From NCBI GenBank assembly GCA_043822925.1, contig JBDRBF010000021.1:1-17612 (forward strand): DNA of 17,612 nucleotides, read 5' to 3'. Positions within the stretch are counted from its first letter, which is position 1; every line of letters begins with the position of its first letter. The position numbers and the translations under genes are program-made. Positions 1 through 9,200 of the stretch are shown here, in pieces. Below the pieces are notes generated by a model. It searched no databases, was not told the origin of the DNA, and saw nothing but the letters and a program-made list of their open reading frames with translations. Origin of the DNA: a bacterium (lineage in GTDB: Bacteria; Babelota; Babeliae; Babelales; RVW-14).

Positions 1-7
1 AAAAACA

Positions 8-16
8 TGGTACTAT
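8..16 (+). promoter_or_regulatory. Putative extended -10 promoter element for uvrA
   Basis: TGGTACTAT matches TGnTAnnnT about 77 nt upstream of the uvrA ATG; the -35 region lies outside the window. A G-rich RBS (AAGGGGGG, 82-89) precedes ATG 93. Confidence 0.4.
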
Positions 17-92
17 GCATATTAATAATAATTCAGATAAAATTACACTTAGAATTAAAAATAAATTAAGTTATGGGTTTTAAGGGGGGTAT

Positions 93-2672
93 ATGAAAAA
101 AATTGATATTAACGCGTTATCACGTTTAGATGTGATTAGCGTTGTTGGTGCTAAAGAGCATAATCTTAAAAATGTTTCGGTCGTTATTCCTAAGAATAAG
201 CTGGTTGTTATAACTGGGCCATCTGGTTCAGGCAAAAGTTCGCTTGCGCTTGATACGCTCTATGCCGAGGGCAAGCGCAGATACGTTGAATCTTTATCTT
301 CTTACGCGCGCCAATTTTTGGGTATTTCCAAACGACCAGATGTAGAAAAAATAGATGGGCTTTGTCCGGCGATAGCTATTGACCAAAAAACGATTGGGTA
401 TAATCCTCGTTCTACTGTTGGTACGATAACAGAAATATATGATTATTTACGCGTGCTTTATGCGCGTGTGGGTATCCCGCATTGTCCAGAATGTCATGAA
501 AAGATTGCTGCAGAATCTCCTGAACGTATAACAAAAATGTTGTGTGATAAATTTAAAGATACGGTTATTACGATTGTTGCGCCGTTTGCCGTTGAAAAAA
601 AAGGTGAGTTTAAAAAAGATTTAATGCGGTTTTTTGAGAACGGCTTTTTTCGTTTTTTAATTGATAAAAAAGAGTATCGGTTTAAAGATGTTAAAGAGAT
701 AGAAGCGTTAGATTTGCAAAAAACGCACAAGCATAATATTAGTCTTGTGATCGATCGAATTACGGTAAATCTTGATGAACAGGTGCGTGTGCAGGAAGCT
801 ATAGAAAAGGCGTTTGCGCTTAATGGTGGCTTGTGTAGCGTCTTGGATGAAAATGGGAATCAAAGCAGTTATTCTTCGCATAGAATTTGTGTAAAATGTG
901 TGCGGTCTTTTCCAGAACTTGAACCTCGGTTTTTCTCATTTAACTCTCCTGTTGGCGCTTGTACAAATTGCCATGGGCTTGGTTTTATTTATGATTGGGG
1001 ACAGAGTTCTAAAGAAGATCAAGAAGCTAACGGTCGGTCGTATTATTTTAGTTTAGGCGACCGTGAACGTGTTTGTGAGTACTGTCAGGGTAAACGTTTA
1101 AAAGATGAGCCCCTTTCAGTAACTGTTGCAGGTAAAAATATTCATGAATTAAGCACACTATCTATAACTGATGCGTTAAAGTTTTGTAAAACTATTGATC
1201 TTGAAGGTGAGCAAAAAGAAATAGCTGCGCCATTATTACGAGAAGTTGTAAGCAGGCTTTCGTTTTTGGATAACGTCGGTTTATCGTATTTGAGTATTTC
1301 ACGCACCGCCAGAACGCTTTCTGGTGGTGAAGGCCAACGTATCCGGCTTGCGCACCAAATAGGTTCAGCGCTGAGTGGCGTGTTATATATTCTGGATGAG
1401 CCAAGTATTGGTTTGCACCAGCGAGATAATGATAGATTGATTAAAACGTTAAAATTATTGAGAGATCAGGGTAATACGGTTGTCGTTGTTGAACACGATA
1501 TTGATACAATGCTTGAGGCTGACTATCTTATTGATATGGGTCCAGCAGCTGGTATCCGTGGCGGTTATGTAACGGCAATGGGTACACCCGAAGAGCTGAT
1601 GAAAGATAAGAATTCGCTTACAGGCTCGTTTCTTTCAGGTAACCGTGGCATACCTGTGCCAGAAATACGCAGAAAACCAAAAGATTATATTACTATTAAG
1701 GGCGCTACGTTAAATAACTTAAAAAATCTTGATGTCAAATTCCCGACTGGTGTATTTTGCGCAGTTTCCGGGGTTTCTGGATCTGGCAAAAGTTCGCTGG
1801 TTATGCAAACGCTGGCTCCAGGGCTGCACCAATTTTTTAACCAGGGTTATGCTATTGGTAAAGGCTTTGAAGAGCTTGAAAATGTTGAAGTACTGCGTAA
1901 CGTTGTGATGGTAAACCAAAGTCCAATTGGGCGTACTCCACGGTCCAATCCGGCTACGTATCTTGGTATATTTGATGAAATTAGAACGTTATATTCTATG
2001 TTGCCGGAAAGTAATGCGCGCGGGTATAAAGTTGGTAGATTTAGTTTTAACGTGCCTGAGGGACGCTGTTTCGAGTGTAATGGCGAAGGCCAAAACCGTG
2101 TCTCTATGCACTTTCTTGAAGACGTTGTTGTTCAGTGTAAGTCGTGTAAAGGGCAACGTTATAACAAACAAACGCTCGAAATTAAATATAAACATAAAAA
2201 TATTGCTGACGTGCTTGATATGACGGTTTTTGAAGCATGTACGTTTTTTGAGACGTTTCCAAGAATAAAAAAACGGTTAGATTTACTGTGTGAAGTTGGT
2301 CTCGACTATATTAAGCTTGGTCAAGCGTCTACAACGTTATCAGGCGGCGAAGCGCAGCGTATTAAGCTGGTTAACGAACTGGCCAAACGCGATAAAGATA
2401 CGATGTACATTCTTGATGAGCCTACTACTGGGTTGCATAGCTGCGACGTCGAAAAGCTCTTGCTTGTCTTAAATAAATTAGTAGACCGGGGTAACTCTGT
2501 CATAGTTATTGAGCATAATCTCGATGTCTTAAAATCGGTCGATTATCTTATTGATATTGGGCCTGAAGGTGGCCAGAGTGGTGGATTTATTGTTGCTATG
2601 GGTACACCTGAGATTGTTGCACGGGAAAAAAAGAGTCTTACGGGGCAATATCTTAAGAACCATCTTAAATAA
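93..2672 (+). CDS. uvrA: Excinuclease ABC subunit A (UvrA), 859 aa
   Basis: GAKEHNLKNV start, two Walker A motifs (GPSGSGKSS, GVSGSGKSS), two LSGGE signatures, LDEPS/LDEPT Walker B, FSFNSPVGAC and C-terminal zinc-finger CxxC pairs, QSPIGRTPRSNPATY. Confidence 0.98.
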   Translation: MKKIDINALSRLDVISVVGAKEHNLKNVSVVIPKNKLVVITGPSGSGKSSLALDTLYAEGKRRYVESLSSYARQFLGISKRPDVEKIDGLCPAIAIDQKTIGYNPRSTVGTITEIYDYLRVLYARVGIPHCPECHEKIAAESPERITKMLCDKFKDTVITIVAPFAVEKKGEFKKDLMRFFENGFFRFLIDKKEYRFKDVKEIEALDLQKTHKHNISLVIDRITVNLDEQVRVQEAIEKAFALNGGLCSVLDENGNQSSYSSHRICVKCVRSFPELEPRFFSFNSPVGACTNCHGLGFIYDWGQSSKEDQEANGRSYYFSLGDRERVCEYCQGKRLKDEPLSVTVAGKNIHELSTLSITDALKFCKTIDLEGEQKEIAAPLLREVVSRLSFLDNVGLSYLSISRTARTLSGGEGQRIRLAHQIGSALSGVLYILDEPSIGLHQRDNDRLIKTLKLLRDQGNTVVVVEHDIDTMLEADYLIDMGPAAGIRGGYVTAMGTPEELMKDKNSLTGSFLSGNRGIPVPEIRRKPKDYITIKGATLNNLKNLDVKFPTGVFCAVSGVSGSGKSSLVMQTLAPGLHQFFNQGYAIGKGFEELENVEVLRNVVMVNQSPIGRTPRSNPATYLGIFDEIRTLYSMLPESNARGYKVGRFSFNVPEGRCFECNGEGQNRVSMHFLEDVVVQCKSCKGQRYNKQTLEIKYKHKNIADVLDMTVFEACTFFETFPRIKKRLDLLCEVGLDYIKLGQASTTLSGGEAQRIKLVNELAKRDKDTMYILDEPTTGLHSCDVEKLLLVLNKLVDRGNSVIVIEHNLDVLKSVDYLIDIGPEGGQSGGFIVAMGTPEIVAREKKSLTGQYLKNHLK

Positions 2673-2859
2673 AGAACAGAAGGGATCGTGCATCCAGAGC
2701 TTTGCCTAGTGTTAAAACACTAGGCTTGCAAGAGAGTTTCAGGCGATTACGCCTGATGATCTGGAGATGATGTATTGCACCGGTGCTCAGGTGTAATCAC
2801 CTGAGATTTGGTATCAGCCTATGGTTTCAACCATAGGCAAAGTTGAATAGTTCTTTATT
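2668..2859. repeat. Symmetric multi-hairpin intergenic element (REP-doublet/MITE-like or structured RNA)
   Basis: Perfect hairpins at 2704-2725, 2739-2756, 2786-2805 and 2817-2838. Hairpins 1/4 and 2/3 are inverted relatives of each other. The whole is bounded by the 10-bp inverted repeat AATAAAGAAC (2668-2677) / GTTCTTTATT (2850-2859). Confidence 0.8.
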
Positions 2860-2919
2860 CTTCATGGTTTTTTAACCCAGGTTTAATAATCTTTTTTGCG
2901 TTAGATTAACGTATTTTTG

Positions 2920-2948
2920 TTGGACATGTCTCCATTGCTTGCTATAAT
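2920..2948 (+). promoter_or_regulatory. Sigma70-type promoter upstream of the hypothetical operon
   Basis: TTGGAC (2920-2925), 17-nt spacer, perfect TATAAT (2943-2948) with extended TG at 2940-2941. Confidence 0.7.
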
Positions 2949-3010
2949 TCTCAAACTTAGTTTTAGCTGGGTTGGGCACCTATAATTTACATAATGAGCG
3001 AGAATTTATA

Positions 3011-4294
3011 ATGGCGAATAAAAGCAAGTATCTTATTTTTCTTTTTTTAAGCAGTTCTTTCTGTTTTTTCGATGCGCAGGCTCGTGATAGAGACGGCGGA
3101 ATTGGCGGGTTATTTAATACGGAGTCTCCTGAGGTTTCTATGCTTAGGGCGAATCTCAAATTACAGGCATCGCTGAGTACCCATTTAGAAAATTCGATAA
3201 AAAAACTTGGTAGATATAAAGCTTATTTAGCTGATAAAGAGGGCTTTTTGAAAGCGCAAGCTCGGCTTTCAAAAGAAGAGCGGGAACCTATTGATGGGCT
3301 TACCGATGAGTATATTCAACATCAGATTGAGAGTTTAGAAGGTATCGGGACGACCCCAGGTAAACTTGCTTTAATTCAAGAGCAAATTGATGCATTATTA
3401 TTGACGAGTAAATCTAAGTGGGGCGAGAATATTGCTCGTGCAATGTCTGGAGATCGTGGGTGGCATGGCAAAGTTGATAATATCGGCGATGGCTTTATGC
3501 AAGGTTTGGCATACCGAATAGCTACTGATTTTAGTAAATCTTTGAGTACACGTATTAGTGGCGCTTTGGACAAAATTTTTGGTCTCGCGTTTACTTTTGC
3601 AGTTGATAGCGGGCTTAGTGCTTGGAGCCGACTGTGTGATGATATCTTTCATGATGGGTATGCAGGGTTTACTGAAGATAGTTTAGACGCGTGGGCGCAT
3701 CTAATTAATGATACGTTTAAAGATATGAGTAAAATTATCAAAGAAGGGCTGAAAGACAGTTTGCGTGGACGTGATATGGCGCTGCGCCCCTTTGATGAGA
3801 GTAAAAAAGATTTTGATGGCGATGATGATGTTGTTGTCCCCGAGCTGACGCCAGAGCAAGCAGCAGAACTGGCCAAGCAAGAAGCAGAACTAGCGGCTCT
3901 TGATCCATGGCGCATACTGGTTGCCTTTTATTCGGGAATTTTTGAGCGTCTCATTGAAGAATTTAACGAACGTATTAAGCATTATGCCCCAAAATCTATC
4001 GAAGTTTTTTATGCACAAAAAATTGTGTCTTTACTGACTCAGTTTAAAGCGATCATAGAAAAGACAAAGACTATTAATGAGCTTGATGCTCGTTTCAAAT
4101 CAAATAAAGCGTTTATTAATGCCTTTCAAGATGGACTTGGTAATATTTTTAAATATTTAATTGAAAAAGTTAAATCGACAGGGAGTACGCTTGATGTTTC
4201 TGGGCGTAATCGTTCTAGAAGTAAGAAAAAGAGCAGCTTTTTGTCTGATGACGATGATGATGATGATAGTTATAATAAGTTTTCAGACATTTAA
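3011..4294 (+). CDS. Hypothetical exported, probably alpha-helical protein (427 aa)
   Basis: ATG 3011 gives a Sec-type signal peptide MANKSKYLIFLFLSSSFCFFDAQA. It has an internal hydrophobic segment IFGLAFTFAVDSGLSAW and a C-terminal basic patch plus poly-Asp tail. No family recognised. Confidence 0.85.
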   Translation: MANKSKYLIFLFLSSSFCFFDAQARDRDGGIGGLFNTESPEVSMLRANLKLQASLSTHLENSIKKLGRYKAYLADKEGFLKAQARLSKEEREPIDGLTDEYIQHQIESLEGIGTTPGKLALIQEQIDALLLTSKSKWGENIARAMSGDRGWHGKVDNIGDGFMQGLAYRIATDFSKSLSTRISGALDKIFGLAFTFAVDSGLSAWSRLCDDIFHDGYAGFTEDSLDAWAHLINDTFKDMSKIIKEGLKDSLRGRDMALRPFDESKKDFDGDDDVVVPELTPEQAAELAKQEAELAALDPWRILVAFYSGIFERLIEEFNERIKHYAPKSIEVFYAQKIVSLLTQFKAIIEKTKTINELDARFKSNKAFINAFQDGLGNIFKYLIEKVKSTGSTLDVSGRNRSRSKKKSSFLSDDDDDDDSYNKFSDI

Positions 4295-4296
4295 AA

Positions 4297-5403
4297 ATGA
4301 TTAAAAAATATAGTTTTTACGTAATATTTATAAATGTTTTGTGTGTGACTTTTGCAAGCTTTGTACATGCTGGCACAGATACTCAGGCAACACAGGATAT
4401 AGGCACAGATATAGTTGCGTTTGTGCCGCAAGATGCTAATGCGGGCGTTATTAAGCCTGTAATTTTGGAGCGTGTAAGTGCTGAGCGGCTTGCAGCAAAG
4501 CAAGAGCTTTTGCATAAACAGTTAAGCTCGGCTCATAACAGACGTACGTTTGTATATAGTTTTGCAGCTTTAGCTGCTACTGGGCTGTGTGCGTATTGGG
4601 CAAAAAGCTATTTTTGGCCACCAGAGAGTACTTCTGGAGCCGGTGGGTTATTGATCCAAGAAGAGATAGCTGAGTATAAGCGCGCCAAAACTAAGTTTTT
4701 AGTTGATTATTGTGAACGAGAGAATAGAAAACATACTATTTCTGGCGTATTTGAAACAACGTTGACCGCAGGCATGGGACTTGCTTTGGCAGCGGTTATT
4801 TTGGATATGTTTTCCCGTGGCAAAAACGTTTCTTGGAATATTTTACAGCGTTTTTTAGGCGAAACAGATTCGACTATATATCAAAATGATTGCGAAGTAC
4901 TCAATAAGCGTATTGGCGATATTGGGCGGGCGCTTGAAAGTTTTGTCCGGACGATAAAAATATTGCATGCTCAAGCTCATGTTGAACAAATTGGTCAACA
5001 TGGGCAAACAGAACTGGGCTCTGGGCCTGTAGTATCTATTGATCAGTTTATGAGTGAAACAGACAAAGAATTTTTGTGCGCAGATGTTGTGGTTTCGTAC
5101 CGGGCATTTTTAGATGCAATCGAAGATTTGATTGCGCTTGTGCTTGAAAGTTCACGAAATTATGAGGGCTCACAAGATGTTGGTCAAGCAGCTTTGTATC
5201 AAGAAATTCAAAAAAGTGTTTCTTATTTGACCAGCGTTGTTGATGATTGTGCTGAATACGTCGAATATACGGTCAATAATTTAGATAAGCTTGGCTCAGA
5301 TAAAAAAGCGACGGCCCGTGCATTTGTTTTTTCAAAAAAACTTTCTATGGCGTTATCGGGTGTTTCTGGTGGGTTTGGAAAGATGCTGTATGGTGTTAAG
5401 TAA
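4297..5403 (+). CDS. Hypothetical exported/membrane protein (368 aa)
   Basis: Starts 2 nt after the previous stop; signal peptide ending ...FASFVHA; two hydrophobic segments (FVYSFAALAATGLCAYWA, LTAGMGLALAAVILDMF). No family recognised. Confidence 0.85.
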   Translation: MIKKYSFYVIFINVLCVTFASFVHAGTDTQATQDIGTDIVAFVPQDANAGVIKPVILERVSAERLAAKQELLHKQLSSAHNRRTFVYSFAALAATGLCAYWAKSYFWPPESTSGAGGLLIQEEIAEYKRAKTKFLVDYCERENRKHTISGVFETTLTAGMGLALAAVILDMFSRGKNVSWNILQRFLGETDSTIYQNDCEVLNKRIGDIGRALESFVRTIKILHAQAHVEQIGQHGQTELGSGPVVSIDQFMSETDKEFLCADVVVSYRAFLDAIEDLIALVLESSRNYEGSQDVGQAALYQEIQKSVSYLTSVVDDCAEYVEYTVNNLDKLGSDKKATARAFVFSKKLSMALSGVSGGFGKMLYGVK

Positions 5404-6268
5404 AAAAAAACTGTTTATTATATGTTTTTTTGCTGTAATTTCTTGCTGGGTTTGCTTGGAAAGCTCTGAGAGCGTAAGTGATCAAGATCAGGGTAAGCAG
5501 TTAACAGCGCTTCTGGGTGATCCCAAATATCAAGAATATATGAAAACTAAGCAGGGGATTGTAGCTCCAAATTTCGATTTTTATACCCAATATATTAAAA
5601 AATATTATCCAAAAGTGTTTGTTATCCGTGAATTATTCTTTGAACATATGACTCCGGATCAGATAGCATTAGCCCTTGATGATATTATAAACGTTTTTAC
5701 GGACCAGCCATGGTTCTATTTTGTCGATAAAAGTAATCAAATTAGTGTGCCGAGTTATTGGGAATATATTTTAGATCAGCTGAGTTTTATTAGCGAATTC
5801 TTATGTATAGCCCGTGTCGATCTTATAACAAAAAAAATATCGGTCCCAGAGCAGAGTAAGAGTAGCTTTTACTCTAATTATATGAGCTATTTGTACGATG
5901 ATAAGAAAAAAACTAAAAATACCCAGGATCTTTTTGTCTATTTTCAAAATAATGGCAAAACGGTTGTGTATGATTTTTATGCGTTAAGTTTCGACTTTGT
6001 TATAAAAATTTTTAACGAAGCTATTTTGCTCAAAGATCTCAAATGTGCCAAGCGTTGCTTTACTGATCTGGAGTATATTCTGAAAAAGTTGGCTGGTAGC
6101 TTATATGAGCAAGATTATCAGGATGTTCTTAAAACATGTAAAGAATTGCTGGCGAGTTTGAAAACTAAATGCGGCGTTGATGACGTTGCGCAGCTTGAAG
6201 AGCTTTTTGGTGATGATGCTGAGGGTAAACAAATTGCCAAAGAATCTGCTGAGCTGGGGGTTATGTGA
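5390..6268 (+). CDS. Hypothetical exported protein (292 aa)
   Basis: In-frame ATG at 5390 (14-nt overlap with the upstream gene) gives MVLSKKKLFIICFFAVISCWVCLES, a signal-peptide pattern; this is preferred over the ORF-track start at 5291. Confidence 0.8.
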   Translation: MVLSKKKLFIICFFAVISCWVCLESSESVSDQDQGKQLTALLGDPKYQEYMKTKQGIVAPNFDFYTQYIKKYYPKVFVIRELFFEHMTPDQIALALDDIINVFTDQPWFYFVDKSNQISVPSYWEYILDQLSFISEFLCIARVDLITKKISVPEQSKSSFYSNYMSYLYDDKKKTKNTQDLFVYFQNNGKTVVYDFYALSFDFVIKIFNEAILLKDLKCAKRCFTDLEYILKKLAGSLYEQDYQDVLKTCKELLASLKTKCGVDDVAQLEELFGDDAEGKQIAKESAELGVM

Positions 6269-9200
6269 TGCGTGTTTTTAGGGTGTGTGCTTTTGTGTTT
6301 ATATTTACTCAAAGTTGTGTGTTTTGTGTAAATCAAAAAGTCGAGATAAATCAAGCAGCGTTCGCTGAAAATTTTATTAAGCATTATGAGTTTAGCCCTG
6401 AAGGGCGTTATGTTCATGAGTATCATCCGTTTATTTTACGCAAAACAGCGCAAAGTTTTGACCAGTTAGAAGGCGAGCTTCAAGCTAATGGTTATAAGCT
6501 TTCTGGCAGGTGTGTGATTTTGGGGTATGAAGAAAATGCCGTGCCGCCGTATTATACGAATTATAAAGAAGCAAAAATAAACGACGAAGCAAGTTTAAAG
6601 AGTAACGCAGGTTGGTCGCTCAAGTTGCATAATAGATTTGGGTTTATGACCGGTTTTTTGTTTAAAGATATTATTCAGGATAGTGTTTTTCAGCATATAA
6701 ACGCTGCAAGCATTTTTTTATTTGATGACCGGGCTTCTATATTTCAAGAACATGCTTTTGATGAGGCGCTTCCATTAATTATTAAAGCACAAGCTCGCGT
6801 TATGCCGATTGTCAAAAAAGGGGATGCGAATCTCGTTTTTGGGTGGCTGATACGTTTTTGGCAGGCACTTTATGCCGGTGGTTTTAAAGTTGGTAATAAG
6901 CAGGTGGCTGGAACGCAGGATATTTTGTTTTCTATTGAAAATGCCCGTCATGTTTTAAAATCTGGGTTGCCTATTACAAAGTTTGCCATAGGTCCTGATA
7001 TTACGTATCCCATAGAAATTTTTGGCAAACAGGAACGGGGGGCTACGCGTAATGCACAAACGTTTGTGAAAAGCTTTGTCAAAACACTTGAGCCGGTAAA
7101 TGCTGAACCAACGGTTTATATATTTTGTAGTTTTGTTGACGGCGTGGGCAAAAGCACCATGCTTGGTAATATTAAGAACTGGATGGTTCATGGCGATAAT
7201 ATTGACCAGTTTGATCACGTTGATAATTCGTCGTCTCAGGTAGCTGATATGTTTCAATTTAAAGATAATGTATTTATTGTGGATATGCCTGCTCAGGTGA
7301 GTCATTTCACGTACAAGCCTGATGGGCTTGTGTATGCTGATGCTCAGACTGAGTTTGGGGCCCAATTTATTGAAGAATTACGTGCGCATGTGCGCAGTAA
7401 TCATGTTCAGTATGAGCGCGAGTATCAGGAACTTATTTTACGTGTCTCTGGTATTATTGCGCGTGCTGGTTATTTTGCGCCAGAAATTAACGATATCGAT
7501 AATCCTAAAACTATGTTTGTCAGAAATGTGCTATTACTTAAAAAAAAACAGGAAAATTACTGGGTGCCGTTTGAGTATGACGGGAAGCCATATTTATTTA
7601 ATAAAGCCAATTTTTTAGCGATACGTATGCTTATGCCGCTTGCCCAGGTTAAATCAGAGGGGCTTAAGAATATTGAATCTGAACAGATGCTTTTTTGTAA
7701 TGGGATCAGGTTCCCGCTCGCGTACCGATTATTTTTGGACGATCTTATGAGCAAATTAAGAGAAAAACAGGCTAAAAATATTGTTTTTGTTGATTTTTTG
7801 GGCATGTATCCACGCTCGTCCAGAGAGAACGTAAGAATAAATTATTTGTTGCAGCAGTTCGCTCTCTTGGATTCACGATTTGATGTTAACAAGAGTATTT
7901 ATAAAAATTTTTCTAGTGGTGGCGAGCTTTTAAACTATTTGCTTGATGATAGAAAAGTAGCAAGGATTCTCGACGCATTTAAGCTTGAGGCGTTAGTGCG
8001 TGTTGGATTATATGAGTTTATTGTGGGGCGGGATCAAGGTGATTTGACCGGAATTACGGTTGAGGCGCTTACTAATATTTTGCGAGAAAAGCTTCAAAAA
8101 ATGCCTGATTCTTTTATGTCGTATGTTCATGCGTGTGCGAGCGATAAAGTTGTGCACGAGCGTAACCATTTTAAAGATTTGTATGGGCTATCTAAGCATT
8201 TTGTAAATATACAGTTGTTTGATTTTTCTTGCATGTGTAATTTTTGTTATTTATTACAGCATTTTTTTAAAACAAGTATTCAGAATGAACAGCTTGAATT
8301 TATGTGGGAAGATCCGGGGGTTATTAGTGCTTCGCTTTTAAATTCTGGTCAGGGCGTAGGTAAAAATGTGAGCCCGTTTGTGCAGACTACTGGTGGTGTG
8401 ACGGTGCGTCAGTGTTTTACGTTTTTGCCAGAATGTCGTGACGAAGTTTATTTAACGCCGTTTTTGCGTATGTTGCGGGCCAGTTGGTATGCAACGCTTG
8501 CTAATTTGATTTATTCTACTGAAAAAGATGGAAATAAGATTGAGATTAATAGGCAAATTTATCCGGCTCCGCCGCTATTTGTGGTGCAGCCAGAGGGTGC
8601 GCATACGGTTCAGGTTTTTCAGCGTATATTTGAGCCGTTTAAGAGCGGCAAAGTGCCTGTATCGTTGGTTCAAACATCAGCTATGTTTCATTTGGCTGGC
8701 CGTGCAAACTATGGCGTCTTGGGTAATCAAATTTATCGCTTAAATTGGGAAAGCACTGATACGAATAATGGCGTTTTTTCGTTTGCGTGTAATTTTATTG
8801 ATAGAAAAACAAAAAGAAATGCCGATCCGGATACGCTTAATGTTATCAGCCGGTACGTTAAAAAACATCAGAGTGAGCATGACGTGGGTACGGTTATAAC
8901 ATCGTCAGATTTGTATGAAAAACTTAAGCAAAGCGTGTACTGGAAAATGGAACAGAAAAAGATTTTAAAAAAAGCGACTAAGCACGGGATTATTCAGTTG
9001 GATAGTAATGGCTTTTTTTGTTTTGATAAAACGAAGAAAAATGCAAAATCTGGATCCTCCGGTACTGCAGGTTCGAGCGGGACGGTTAGTTCTGGCCAAA
9101 ATACTGGGTCTGTTCAATCTGGAGCATCTCAAGTTTCGGGTCAAGAATCTGGGCTGGATTCTGGAGGGCAGCGAAAAAAACGTAAACGTTATATATTTTT

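Noticed and set aside
1-92. LexA/SOS box upstream of uvrA
   Set aside because: No CTGT-N8-ACAG or GAAC-N4-GTTC match; the AT-rich palindromic stretches are uninformative.
2700-2842. CRISPR mini-array
   Set aside because: The hairpins are inverted and of two different types, not identical direct repeats with regular spacers, and no cas gene is present.
2673-2970. tRNA, tmRNA, SRP or RNase P RNA
   Set aside because: No T-loop/CCA end, tmRNA termini or other conserved signatures were seen on either strand.
2972-3010. ORF-track upstream starts (2972, also 5291, 9368, 10390, 17133)
   Set aside because: Downstream starts give better signal peptides, RBS placement or family-typical N-termini, and avoid long overlaps.
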